From: Nymphaea colorata
Taxonomy: Eukaryota
Reading direction: 5' to 3'
Assembly (NCBI RefSeq): GCF_008831285.2
Contig: NC_045138.2
Coordinates: 4,030,001 to 4,094,000 of the forward strand
DNA: 64,000 nucleotides
Under the pieces are notes generated by a model. That model ran no database searches. It was not told where the DNA came from and worked only from the letters and a program-made list of their open reading frames with translations. Below are positions 1 to 12,929 of the stretch, in pieces. Numbering within the stretch: position 1 is the first letter of the stretch; every line of letters starts with the position of its first letter. Both the position numbers and the translations under genes were made by a program.

Positions 1-1448
1 TTATTCTCACCATACATTCATATATAGACGGAAAACCAAACAACTATGCATGAGTGATACATAGACAATATTCAAGGAAGGAAAAAAAGAGAGAGAGAAA
101 GAGAAAATGACAGGAAGAGAAAGATTCAACTAGGAAGGAGGACATAATATAACTATGAAATAAATGATCATCTCATCTTTTCATACTCCCGGTGCACTTA
201 AGCATTGCCTCTTGTCTCTAAAAAGAGATTGAGTGTTATCTCCTTTGGCCATGTGTGGATAAAGATGAGAAGAAAATGAAGAAAGAAATTCAATGCTACA
301 TTCAATAAAAGGAAAAACGTGATTCAATTATGAAATGAAAGATTATCTCATCTTTCCATGCTCGCGGTGCACTTGAGCATAGCCTCTTGTCTTTAAAAAG
401 ATGTTAAGTGCTATCTCCTTTGGCCATGGGGAGATGAAAAAGATAGGAAAATGAAGAAAGAAATAGATGAGATATTGATTACATACCTGTTGTGAGAATA
501 ACTTTTGGAAAAATGAACACCCTAAATTGAAGATCCCCTTGAGTGAAGCTCCAAGATGATGCCTCCAAGAGGGTTGTGGCTTCCCCAAGTTGGAGAGGAG
601 TGAAAAGAGGAAGAGGGAGAGAGAAAGAGCTCAAAAAAAACCGTAAGTCTTCAAGTGATAATACTTTAGGGTTTCTCCCAAGGCCAAATCTTGCCCAACA
701 GAGGCGAAGTGAGAGGTATTTATAGAGGATTTTGAAGTCAAAACCTAAAATTTGAATTTTTTGACTCAAAAAGACTAAAATCACTCTATAAAAGAAGGTT
801 TTTAGTCAAAAGGAGGAGCAAATCGGTTTTGTTTATCCAAAAAGACTAAAATCACCATTTAAAAGGAGGTTTTTTATCAAAAGGAGTGGCAAATCGGTCT
901 TGTTTGCCCAAAAAGACTAAAATCACCCTCTAAAAGGATGTTTTTGGTCAAAATGAGAGGGAAATCGGTCTTGTTTACCCAAAAAGACTAAAATCACCCT
1001 TTAAAAGGAGGTTTTTGTTCAGAAGGAGGGGCAAATCGGTCTTGTTTACTCAAAAAGACTAAAATCACCCTCTAAAAAGAGGTTTTTGGTCAAAAGGAGG
1101 GGCAAATCGGTGTTGTTTGCCCAAAAGACTAAAATCTCCCTCTAAAAAGAGGTTTTTAGTAAAAAAGAAGGGTAAATTGGTCTTGTTTACCCAAAAAGAC
1201 TAAAATCACCTTTTGAAAGGAGTTTTTTCGTCAAAAGGAGGGGCAAATCAGTCTTGTTTACCTAAAAAGACTAAAATCACCCTCTAAAAGGAGGTTTTTG
1301 GTCAAAAGGAAGGACAATTTGGTCTTAAATGATTGATTTGGATTTGAATTTGGGTTTTGGATCTAAACTTGGATTTAAAATTTATTTTAAAAATAATAGA
1401 CCCAAAATTTTAATACCCCCTTTTTTTGAAAAAATTGTGGTGATTACA
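1..1448 (-). mobile_element. Partial LTR (5' part, cut by window edge), same family as the 57388-60094 solo LTR; probably Ty3/gypsy-type
   Basis: The reverse complement of 1370-1448 (TGTAATCACCACAATTTTTTCAAAAAAAGGGG..ATTAAAATTTTGGGTCTATTATTTTT) matches the start of the 57388 element. A minus-strand TATA box (CTCTATAAATACC) lies at ~714-726. The GTGCACTTGAGCATAG and AAGCTCCAAGATGATG motifs are shared in reverse. Confidence 0.7.
766..1325. repeat. Tandem array, ~71-bp unit, ~8 copies, inside the LTR
   Basis: AAAGACTAAAATCACC..AAAAGGAGGTTTTTGGTCAAAAGGAGGGGCAAATCGGTCTTGTTTACCC recurs about every 71 nt. Confidence 0.9.
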
Positions 1449-3299
1449 CTGGGCATTAAAGGTTTACCTGTTTGGGTCAAACTTTAAAGATGGTACCAAA
1501 AGTCTAAAACCAGCCAAAAACTCTGGGCACAAATATTGTCCCACGTCTCTTTGTTGCTGGAAATTCTCATGAAATTCGGATTAAAGTTTTACCTTTATAG
1601 TAAAAATGCCACATTTTCCGAACAGGAGCTAAGGCTTTTCCAAAAAGTGTTTATGGCATTATTATTGAAGCTGGTTCCACTAAATAGGGGAAGTGGCGAT
1701 TTAGTTTCCGGATTCCCAGCTTGAGAAAGAAAAATGGATAAAAAAAACCTTCCCTATAAATAAGAATATATAAAAAATTGATAACATTTTTCTATATTGT
1801 TATTAAAATATTATTTTTCAGGTATCATTATTAGGTTACCATTGTGGATATTTTCATATTAGGTTAATACCATAATCACCATCATCATGAAATTTGCTTC
1901 TTAAATACCCTATTGATTTTCTTATTAAAGATTTTGATATTGAGAATATATCGTTTAATTAATCTGATCCAAAACCATTTCAGTTCCAATGGGATTCAAC
2001 CAACTCGCAGAATCATAAGCTTTCGGATTTGATTCAAAAACTATTTTATGATACCGATTTAACCAACTGGGCTTCGTGCAGGGTGCCAAATATCACGTAA
2101 AAAAATAACATGTCAACTTTGTACACCATGCTTTGAGTGAGAAAATTATTTTCTAGTGTAATTGGTAATAAAATTATTTGTCTTTAAAAGAAAAAAAATG
2201 ACCCCATGATAAAAACGTCAAAATAATATAAATAGGAAAATTCAGCTTTTTTCTAAACCTTAAAATATTTTTTTTGCAGTTTTATCATGTTTTTCCATTA
2301 TTTTTGTTTTAACGTTTAAAACTTAAATTAAACTACTTATATTTGTTTCGATCATTACTATAAGATTATTTTAATTATTTTATCAAGTTATTTTTTATGT
2401 TTTCTCACTAATTTTTGTATTTATTTTACTTTTTCATAACTTGTAACGTTTTCTCTTAAAAAAAAACAATTTCTTAAAAAAAATTCAACTTCGTCCAAAA
2501 ATACTCAAAACTACCTCACGATTTAAAACCAATTCTCTTATCTGTCGTCCCATTTGAGTCTTGTAAATTATGCCTTCGGATTTAGTTTAGACATACACAT
2601 ATGCGACATCTGATCTTTTGATTGGATCAAGTTAAATGAGGTCTGCATATGAAACTAGTGATCAGGCGAATATATATATATATATATATATATTAGAATG
2701 TAAGCTTTTTCAGCAAGTATGACACATGCACATTATCGCTGGACATCCATGTGAGGTGTGTTTGTCAGTATATCAGATTTGAATTGCATATTAGACAAAA
2801 CCGTTTCAGAAGTCAAATGCCAAAAAAAAATATATATGATTAAGAAACCGGATCGGATTCAGATTCACATCAAATTTAGTGTTATATATATATATATATA
2901 TATATCCAATGCTCTTACGCTTTGGATGTAAAAATCAGATTTGGATTGTAAGATCGGAATTCAAATTTCAAATCGGAGATGACTCTTCTTTGTTTCTATC
3001 GAATCCGAATATGCAAGTATCTAAAAAGCGGATACAATAAGTGCATATCCAATTTGAATCTGATCCATTGACATCCCCATTGTAAGAATTTGACTAATTA
3101 ATAGTGGTATGTCCCACTATTAACTACCGGAAGACTCAAAGCCCATATAGCCCATACATAGCTCTTCTGATTAGATAAATATGATTCTTATTTAAAACCA
3201 GAAAGAATGATAACCTCCTATTTAACAAGACATGTATGTTAATATTCATGAGTCATCAGTCTCGCTCAACCATTTGATTTACCTCATACCTTTCCATTA

Positions 3300-4720
3300 C
3301 TAGGGATGTACACGAGCCGAGTCGTGCTCACTTGAACTCGACTCGTATCTTGTTCAGCCCGAGGTCAAGTTGAGTTGTACCATTAGCTCGAGGTCAACCC
3401 AAGTGGACTGAGTCCCATCCAACTAGAAATGAAAATGATAACCTAGATTAATTGAGCTTACTTGAGCTTAGGGATGTCAATATATTGGATTTGAATCAAA
3501 TATCCGATTCCACCCAAAAAAATCAGATGTGAAAAAAAAAAAAAAATATCTGATTAAGAAATCTTATGTTAAAATGTGAATATATATCCCGAAAATCATG
3601 GCCATTAACTGTTAAACCGTTGTCACAGATCTCATTCTGCTTCTTGTAGGTAAGTTTTTTTGGACTACCAAAAAAAATTGTTTTCCTTGAAAGATCTCAA
3701 GAATTCAGAATATGTAAAATTATATAAAAATTATCTTGAGTTTTTCACTTTTAATGTCTTACAAACATTAATAAAAATTCAAAAAAGTTACTAAGTAGAT
3801 AAAATAAACAAAAAAACTTGCCATGCATTGAATCCAAAACCAAAATGATTCAATGAAACAAGCCCAGAAAGTCCAAAATGTTATAAACCAGTACCATAAT
3901 TGTGCTTAAGTGGATCAAAAACCACTGAATCGGCCTTAAAATGGCCTGTACCGTTCTTAAACCCCAACTAAAACGCCTACATGGCCCTAAATAGGGTTGA
4001 ACCGGTTTAAAATTTGGACGAACCGGTCAAAAATAGATCGAATCGGTTCTAAAGTCTATTGAACCGGTTTGAAAATGGCTAAAATCGGTTCCAAAACTGA
4101 ATGAACCGGTTTGAAAAACAAAATCAACTGAACCGGTCTGAAAATGGTCCGAATCGGTAAGAACCGTTTTAATTTTGAACTGAATCGGCTCGAAAAGTAT
4201 GAACCGGTTCTGAATCGAGTCGAATCGGTCTTAAATCGAATGAACCGGTTCGATTCTCTTCAAAATCAGTTTAAAATGAACCGTTTACAGAGTTTAAACA
4301 GTATGGATAGGGGTCGGGTTCAACATGACCCGATCTAGATCCAAAATAACCGTGTTTTCAGAATTTGAACCTTATGGATACGGGTCGGGTCCGACATGAA
4401 CTGACCGGGATCCAAAAAAACAGTATCTTCAAAATTTAAACCCTATGGATACGGGTCGGGTCCACAATGCACCGATCAGGATCCAAAATTCTTAGGACAA
4501 AAATTTTGAACCGTATGGATACGGGTCGGGTCCAACATGACCCGACCCGAATCCAAAATAATTTTAAACCGTATGGATACGGGCTAGATCCAACATGACT
4601 CGACCCGGATCTAAAATGCTTAACGCAAGCGCAATGGCAATTTTTTTTTTTTTGAAATCTTGCTATGGATCCGGGCCAACCCGGGTCCGACCGCCTGCCG
4701 TTCGACGGTTCTTCCCAGGC
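3300..4720. mobile_element. Nested or degenerate non-autonomous DNA-transposon fragments with subterminal repeats
   Basis: TAGGGATGT starts at 3301 and ~3469. GAACCGG/AATCGG motifs are dense over 3990-4290, and there are about five TATGGATACGGGTCGGGTCC-like units over 4300-4600. Ends and TSD not resolved. Confidence 0.45.
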
Positions 4721-5543
4721 AGCAGCTCCACCATTCGCCTGCCGAATAATGGTTTTTACCCGCAGTCAGTGGTATTATTCAAAAAGTCAAATAATGGTTT
4801 TTTAACTCATCAATCTTTTATGCATTGTGATCTCCAGAATTTATAAGCTAATTTTGAATTTTGTTTCTCTACATTGGGACAGGGAAGAACGGAGGAAGAA
4901 CATAGTTGCTTTCGGCCTCTGTCTTGATCAGCTCTGTTTTCTTCCAATTGTAATAATCAATCAATATATAAAAATCAACTGCAACCAGGAAAAAAACACC
5001 AAATTCGATTGCAATCACAAAGGCCATTGAAAGGATCATGGGAGCGAAGATATACAAAAATAGATATTGATGAAAGAAATGCAAAACATTATTCCAAGAA
5101 ATTCCGCTTGAGAATCGAATCAATGAAGAAGACCGCAAAGAAATGAAGAGTCTCAAGATGATTGGAGAAGGTGGAGAAGGCAACAAAGAAGGGAAGCCAA
5201 AAAAAAAAACGGAACTCTTCCATGTTTGGAAGTCGACGCAAGGAATATCTTCCAATTTCCAATGGGATTCTTCCCCCATGTTCACTTGTTAGAAACTTGA
5301 AGCAATGCTGTATTCTCAAACCCAACATTTAATAACATTTTGGATTTTGATGGAAATATAGTAAGATAAACAAATTAACTTGAGAAAGGGGAAATTTAGG
5401 TGAAATGGTAGACTGGGATTGGGAGACTTTTCCACACTTATTTGGCAGCAATATGGACCTTACCAGCCTTTGAAGCACGAGCTCGCCACACTCCTAATTA
5501 AGCACTCGGCAGGTTAAACTCCCGATCCGCTTTAATGCAGTTC

Positions 5544-5748
5544 ATTCTTTCTTGTGAAATGGGCAACTAGAAATGAAAGAAAGCTGGCTGTGGGTTAAAC
5601 TTCATGGGATTATTCTTTCTTATAAAATCGGCAACTATAAATTAAAGAAAGAGAGATTATTCTTTCTTATAAAATCATCCACTAGAAATTAAAGAAAGAG
5701 GAATTATTCTTTCTTATGAAATCGGCAACTAGAAATTAAAGAAAGAGG
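5544..5748 (+). repeat. Four near-tandem copies of a ~40-bp motif just upstream of NLR1
   Basis: ATTCTTTCTTATAAAATCGGCAACTAGAAATTAAAGAAAG variants at ~5545, 5612, 5659 and 5706. Confidence 0.8.
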
Positions 5749-5836
5749 GAAAGGTGTTGTATTATTCTCTCGCTCTCTCTCTCTCACTTGAAAATTGCTC
5801 CTCTTCCTCTTCCACCAACTGACAAACCGAGGGAAG

Positions 5837-8800
5837 ATGGCAATAGTAATCGATCCACTTGTAGAAGCAGCCATTTCTAATCTGTTCCAGTGTGTAACGA
5901 GTGTGTTGAAAGACAAGGTGGGCCTTATCTGCAATGCCAAACTCGAACTCAAGAAGCTCCAGGAGAAGTTGGAACGCTTGCAGAAGGCCATCAAAGCCAT
6001 AGAGCAAATACCATTTTTCAGCAACGAGCACAACAGAGATCTGGAGGTGAAGCTGAAGGACGTTTTCTATGATGCCCAGGACATCATCAAAAGATACCAA
6101 ACCACAATTGCGCTTTGCAAAAAGGACAAGCATTCTATAACTTCATGGAACAAGGTAAGAAAGCCCTGGATCACTTTGTCCTGTTGCTTTAAGGAACATG
6201 TATCTGCTTCTTACCAACTTGGGAATGAAATTAAAAAGATCAACCAAAACCTTAATGAAATAGAACAATGTAAGGAAATGGTGGATTTGCTCAATGCAAC
6301 ACCAAAAGTTAAGAGCGAGGATCCTATTGGTGGTGAACATGACAATCCTCGAGAGACAACCCAACTCATAAATACTGCACAACCACCCATGGGTAGGGCA
6401 GATGATAAAGAGAAAGTGAAAAAACTCTTGTTTGATGGCTTTACAGAAAGTAGTGCGCTAGGAAAAGATGGTGTTTTCATTGTATCCATTGTAGGTCAAG
6501 GTGGGATTGGGAAAACAACTCTTGCAAAAAAGGTTTTTAATGAAGTTGAAGAACAGTTTGGGAACCGCAGGTGGTGGGTTTGTGTTTCAGAGAAACCAAA
6601 TCGTATGGGTTTGCTGCAAAAGATACTAAAGGAGGTAAGCAAGGAATCAAAAGGAGAACCCCTTAAGGGCAATACTTCCTTCCCCGATTTGTGCACACAA
6701 TTACAGAATGAGCTGTCAAAGAGCAAGTTCTTATTGGTCTTAGATGATTTATGGGAATTGGATTGGTGGGTGGGAGAAGTAGAGGGCATCCTGTTGGGAG
6801 GTGCAAAGGAAAGCAAGATTTTGATCACCAGTAGAAAGGTAGAAGTCTCCGAAGGGATAGGTGCTAAAATGCACAAATTGCCACAAATGTCTTTCGATGA
6901 ACGTTGGAGCTTGTTTTTGCGTGTGGCAAAGAAACAAGAACATGACTTGGAGAGTCACAATTTGAAAGGTATTGGGAAGAAAATAGTGGCAAAGTGTGGT
7001 GGGTTGCCACTTGTTGTCCAAAAGGTAGGATCCTTAATGCGTACAAAAGGGATGATGAAAGACGACTGGGAAAGCATTGAGAAGAGTGAGATCTGGAAAT
7101 GGAAGATGCCTGCCTCATTATCATCCTCTGAAATATCTGGTAGCATTCTTCCTGGTCTCATCCTGAGCTACGATGACTTGCCACATTATTTGAAAAGTTG
7201 TTTTGTATATTGTTGCATTTATCCAAAGGATTATGTGATAGAAAGGAATAGATTGGTCATGCAATGGATAGCACATGGATTGATTGACCAAGATAAAGGC
7301 ATTGATGTGGAGGTGATTGCTAACCAATGGATTAAGGAATTGATAAATCGGTTCATGATTGAAGAAACTGAAGATAAAAATCTCAAATTGCATGACATTT
7401 TGCATGACCTTGCCTTATATGTAGGTGGTAAGGAATATAGCCATGCCTCTGCTACTGAGCACACCCGCCATCTATCATTACTTGATGTCGATGATGCAGA
7501 AGCAGACAAGGATAACGTCTCAGAAGCGGCAAGTAAGTTGCGCACATTGTTGTGCAATTCCTATTCCCATTCCAAGTAAGACTTGCATCTAGTTTATATT
7601 AAACACTTAACCGCCAATTTCAAGTGGTTGAGGGTGTTGTCATTGAGGAATTGTTTGATCAATGAGCTGCCAAAGTCCATTGAAAACCTTTCACTTCTAA
7701 AATATCTCGATCTAAGCTATGCTTATGTGATGGGACGGTTGTCCAATTCAATCGGCAGACTTTGTAACTTGCAAACATTGGACTTAAGTTATAGTGGAAT
7801 TAAAGAGTTGCCCAAAGAAATGGGTGAACTGTGCAACTTGAGGTATCTTGGGCTGAAAAATACACACAATTTGGAATTTGTAGCCGAAGGCCTAGGGAAG
7901 CTTACTAATTTACGGACCTTGCATAGGTTTATGGTATGCAATGACAAAGGGAAGACAAGAGGTTGCAATATTAATGAACTGAAAGTGTTGAAGAAACTAA
8001 AGGGGGAATTGTCAATTGAAGGTTTGTGCGGGGGAAGGGTGAAAGTGATCGATGCAAAAAATGCAGAGCTTAAGGAGAAACATGAGCTAATTGGGCTGAA
8101 ATTTTATTTCGAGGAGCAAGAGGATGATAGGGTGGGTAGTGCTTCTAAAAAGAGGGGTTTGCTGGAGGCTTTGGAACCTCCACATGGCATAGAGAGGTTG
8201 GGAATTTGGTGTTATAAAGGAGATAGGCCTGAGTGGTATTTGGACAGCAATTATAAGCTGCGGACACTATGGCTGCTAAGTTGCCCATTGTGGGCAACAG
8301 TCGTAGGAATCAAATCATTGGAAAAATTGAAGGTCCACAAGTGCCCAACATTGTGTGGCCAGCTGCGTTTGCTGAAGTTCTTGGAGATTTTTCTGTGTGA
8401 TGGGCTCAACCCGATTGGTGACATGCCAGCTGTAAAGACGTTGAGGTTGTTTGATTTGCCCAACTGGGAATCAACATTTACTTCTATGCCATGCTTAAGA
8501 GAGGCGTGTTTTTACAATTGTCCAAAGATGCAGACAGAAGGCTTGAGTGATGAGTTGGCAGGGCTCCAAGGGCAGTGCGTGAATGCCCAAGTGCAAGATT
8601 GAGATGGAAATTGCTTGAGCAACTGCCTAACCTCATTTGGTTGGAGTTGGATTCAAAATCAGCAGTACCACTGCCATCGCCATTGCCATCAGAGGTATCG
8701 ACATTTCTACCCTCCCTTAAATATCTGAAATTGAGAGACAACACGAATGTTGATGGGCGCAAATGGGGAAGGGTGCCTCAGTGGGTGTGGGGTCTCTCCC

Positions 8801-9102
8801 AACTGGAGGTGTTGGAACTATACTCTTCTTCTGAGGACATCAGCTTGGGAGGCCACTGGCAATGCCTCCCAAAACTGAGAAAGCTATTGCTTTGGTACTT
8901 CCCCAATCTGAAGTCTCTAGTAGACGTGAAAAATATCACTCCCCAACAACAACAAAATGAAACAACATGTCCCACCGATGCACAGCAACAACAGATCGCA
9001 TGCCTCTCCAACCTTCAAGACTTGTGGATTCACTCATGTCCAGCACTTGAACTGCCCCAGTAGTTAACGGACCATCTTGGGAAAAGATTAGACATAGATT
9101 AA
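5837..9102 (+). pseudogene. CC-NB-ARC-LRR resistance gene (NLR1), disrupted
   Basis: ATG at 5837. Motifs: CC with YDAQDII (EDVID-like), P-loop GQGGIGKTT, kinase-2 LVLDDLWE, GLPL, RNBS-D CFVYCCIYPKD, LHD, then LRRs. Lesions: in-frame TAA at 7577-7579, a frameshift near 8545-8580, and TAG at 9061 where NLR2 has GAG. The paralogous stop is TAA at 9100-9102. Confidence 0.93.
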
Positions 9103-9629
9103 TTATTTTGGTTAAATATGTGTGTTTCCATTTCGTTGCCTCTTCTTTCTCTCTCTCCCTCTCCCTCTTATTTGATTTGGGTCTGGTAAACTGAGTTGTT
9201 GTTGAACTGAACTGGCGTACCATTTATGCATCAACAGAGTCTTGTCTAGCTGTTTTAACTTACTCAAAATGATGAGTTGATTTTTTTTTTTTTTGCGTAA
9301 TTGAAAACAATGAATTTTTAAATCTTTTACAAAGTGAAGATTCTAAACAATCACACCAAGATGTCCATACGAGGCTTTTGGCATCGGTTGTTTTATAAGC
9401 TGGGCTCGGTCCAGCCATCAAATCTCAAGCCTGGCTCGACCCAGCCATCAAGATACAAGCAAAAATGAAAAGAAAAAAAAAAGATCGACTTTGTAGACAG
9501 CAGTATGGACCACAATATATAATTTGGCAAACAATGCAATGCATTGCATGGACTTTATTTCCGTAAAAAAGAAAAGACACATAAATTTGATTAAGATAAA
9601 CTTTTAGGTCAAAATCACCATGACCCAAC

Positions 9630-9931
9630 CTAAGTCACCGGACTCTTCTATTTTACTACTGCACCAGAGTCCGCATCGAGTCGGGTGCACACTGGATATG
9701 GGTGCGGCTCCGACTCATACCCGAGCCTAGTCAGAATGTCATATTACTAAATTACTTATATAATGTATGTTGTTTTGATATTTTTCTATGCAATACAATT
9801 ATTCAAGTATGTTATATACATTTATAACTAAATTGTAACAAAATGTTTATTTTGTTATATATATAATAAATTAATAATAATAATAATAAAATACTCTCGC
9901 CGCACCCGCACCCTGCACTATGGTGACATAG
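9630..9931. mobile_element. hAT-like MITE
   Basis: TIRs CTAAGTCACC / GGTGACATAG. Flanked by the 8-bp direct repeat GACCCAAC / GATCCAAC (1 mismatch). GC-rich subterminal GCACCCG motifs around an AT-rich core. Confidence 0.7.
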
Positions 9932-11658
9932 GATCCAACCATTGCACACCCTTCACACACTTAACGAGAAAGCTTCCAAAGCTGAAGCTTTTCTCTCTTC
10001 TTTTCCTTTATAATTTCTACAACTTGCTGTCCCTCTGTTCTGTCGGGAAGCAGAACAGAGTACCTCGTCCTCTACTTGGGTTTGGGTTACAACCATCATC
10101 GCTGTCTCGTAAACTACTGCTGCCTCTAAATCATCCTACAGCCTTTCAACCTTCACAGCCTCCATTGTAGCCCAAGCCTTTTTTTTGTTTTTGCACCACC
10201 ATCTAAGCGGTGTTTTATAATCCATATTTTTCGTTAATTTTTATATGGTTTTAACAAAGGAAATTGATGAACAAGGAATTGCAAAAAGAAAGTAATATAA
10301 AAAATATCACTTGCAAACTTTTGTAAACTGAAAAGAAAAAATAAATATAACTTTAACCTTATTGTAATTTTAAATATAATCTAAGTTTAAGCATTACAGT
10401 AAAATTAGGTCCTGCACAATGATTATAAAATCGAAAACATGAATGTATTCTTTTCATTATTTAAAGCTATCAATCTCTATAAATTATTCTTTTTCCAAAT
10501 TTAAAAGAATGTAAAAAAAATTTAAGTGTAAGAAATAACCGATCAATTTTCTAGCTAAGTACCATTAAGTATTTACTTTGGTTATTTTTTCAAATAAAAA
10601 ATTAAGTTAAGTACAATATTTTTTTTTTTTTTAGAAATAGACATGTGCAACTATTGAATCGTGTCATGTAATCAAATATTTTACTTAGATAATAAGTTCA
10701 AGTGTTAAGGGCATTATTATAAATCAATTTAAATGATCTCTTTTCCTTTCTTTTATATTCAAACAAGCTTTTATAATAATATTTTTCTTTTCCTTTTCTT
10801 TTCTTTCCTTCCCTATTAATTTTCTTTCAATTTCTTTCTTTTCTTGTTCCTTCCATCTATTAATCATTTTCTTAGGTTTCCCTCCATGCAAACATGGCAT
10901 AAAACAGGAGGCCAAAGAATCCATTGGGTGGCACCACCCTGGGACTTTAACCACTCTATTTGTCCAGTTATCTTAGGCTTTATTTGGACTTTCTCTTCTA
11001 TCCTTATATTTAGCCGTCAAAGCTATAGGCAAACAATCTAGTCATCAAAACTAGAAAACAACAAAATAATTTCAAGGAATCTTGTAATATGCACCACATT
11101 GGTGCATGAATTCTACCTTATGTCATTGATTCCACCGCATTTTTTTTATGTTTGAATGTTTCCGGTCCTTAGCCTTTTTAGCCACCCACTAAGTGTTTTC
11201 GCCGAATTGTTTAAATGGGTGAGAAGTTATATTTTACTGATTGACGGTCTCGCTGCTGGAGTTTTTACTGAAGGTCACTAACATGTTAGAACTTGTTCGC
11301 CAGAACCACTATCATGCCAAATTTTTGAGGAATCCTCGTGATTTTGGAAATCAGCAATTTATAAAAACATCTAACAAAAAATTCCGCGCGAGAATCATAT
11401 CGATGAAGAAGATGGCAAAGAAATGAAAGAGTCTCAAGATGATTGGAGAAGGCAATAAAGGAGGGAAGCAAAAAAAAAGAACAAAAAAATCCAGAACTCT
11501 CATCTATGTCTGGAAATCAACACAAGGAATATCTTTGAATTTCCTCGGAATTCTTCCCCGCATTCACTTGGTCAAAACTCAAGGCAGATCGCCGATTTTT
11601 CAACGAGTCCAAGCTGAACCCATCCTTTCCAATTTTCTGATCTCCAATCGCTGGTATC

Positions 11659-11818
11659 TAGGCCTAAAAAAATACATAAAAATAAAAAATTTACATGTCA
11701 ATTTTAACAAAAATTCATATATCTTACGTAAAAATTTTAAAAAATTATATTTTTGCTGTTGTTAAGATAGTGAAACTATAATTCGACTCCTCATGAAAAA
11801 TTCTTTAGTCCGCCCTTA
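11659..11818. mobile_element. hAT-like MITE with degenerate left end
   Basis: Perfect 8-bp direct repeat CTGGTATC at 11651-11658 and 11819-11826. The right end TCCGCCCTTA resembles the TIR of the 61230 element. Confidence 0.6.
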
Positions 11819-12397
11819 CTGGTATCTTTGGTGGCAACAAAGAAATCAGGAGAAGACAAATGAAAGAGGAAAAAACGCTGTCAATAAAGTCACAAGCAGA
11901 GAGAGCATGAGAAGTGAAAAGTGAAAGGGCGAGAGTGCACAATGTGGGTACTTGAAATGGTGGAGTTGATTAAATGTCTGTTCCATTGAATAATTTTACC
12001 CGTACAGATTTGTTTTTTAGGCATAGTTTGGTCCTATGGAAACCTTCAACTAGTAACTTGTTTACAACAATTTGCTGGAATGGGAACCATTGTTCCCATT
12101 CTAGTTATGAGGCATGTGTGATGGAAGGAATGATGATTCTACGATGAGTGTTCAGGTGCTCGATGAAAGGTAGGTAGTTACCATGTTCCTTTTCCTTTCA
12201 AAAAATGCAAAAAGTTATATGTTATATTTCAAAAGTTTTAGTTTAACATAAGTGAAAATTTTGAAAAATTTTATTTCGATACCTATTAAAATTTTGAAAC
12301 TACAGTTTGATTCTTACAACAAAACATTCCTGGCTGCCCCTCTAGTTTGGTATTGCTCAATATTTTCAGACACACCAGGATAAGTTGTTCTTTTTTG

Positions 12398-12536
12398 TAG
12401 TTTGGGAGGCCATGGGAATGTTGAGAAACTGAGGTGCTTGCGACTTTCTTGTTCCCCAAGCTCAAGCCCTTGGTGGACATCGTTCACCCACGAAATGCAT
12501 TTGCACCAATCTGTTACCTGCCTCTCAAAGCTTAAC
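12398..12536 (+). pseudogene. Isolated remnant of an NLR C-terminal coding segment
   Basis: AGTTTGGGAGGCCA..GAAACTGAG..TTCCCCAAGCTCAAGCCCTTGGTGGAC..CCTGCCTCTC aligns with NLR2 24281-24440 (SLGGHW..FPNLKSLVD..ACLS). Confidence 0.7.
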
Positions 12537-12929
12537 AAAAGTTAATGAAAAATGGACAAATTGATTTTCTACTTCAAAGATGATTTATTTGGTACCATCA
12601 CTGATGAGGGAAATTTTTAATGGTAAAGTGTAAGTATATATCAATTGTTATAATAGTTTGTTGTATCTTGTCATGCCTTCAGTATCTGTTTAACTTATTG
12701 AATTGTAGAGACCCTAAAAACAATGAAAAGTTTAAATCTTCGGATTTTGGTGCTCATCAAATTGTGGCTACAACTTATACTGACGGCTTTGCAATTTCTG
12801 CTGATGCATTCCACCCATGGTAAAACTATTGTTTTTTTTTAGTGTTAATCAGGTTTTCCATTGAAAAGAAAACAAGGAAAAGAATAAAACTGTACCATTA
12901 AGCTGCCACCTTAGACATTTCAGAACTAA

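Noticed and set aside
766..1325. Regular array as CRISPR
   Set aside because: Whole units repeat with no unique spacers, there are no cas genes, and the context is eukaryotic.
5795..5836. Upstream non-ATG starts in the ORF track (also 50649)
   Set aside because: Paralogue comparison places the start at the shared GAAGATGGCA ATG (5837, 50781).
7576..7592. GTAAGA..CTAG micro-intron that would remove the NLR1 stop
   Set aside because: Only 17 nt and not a multiple of three, and NLR1 has further lesions downstream.
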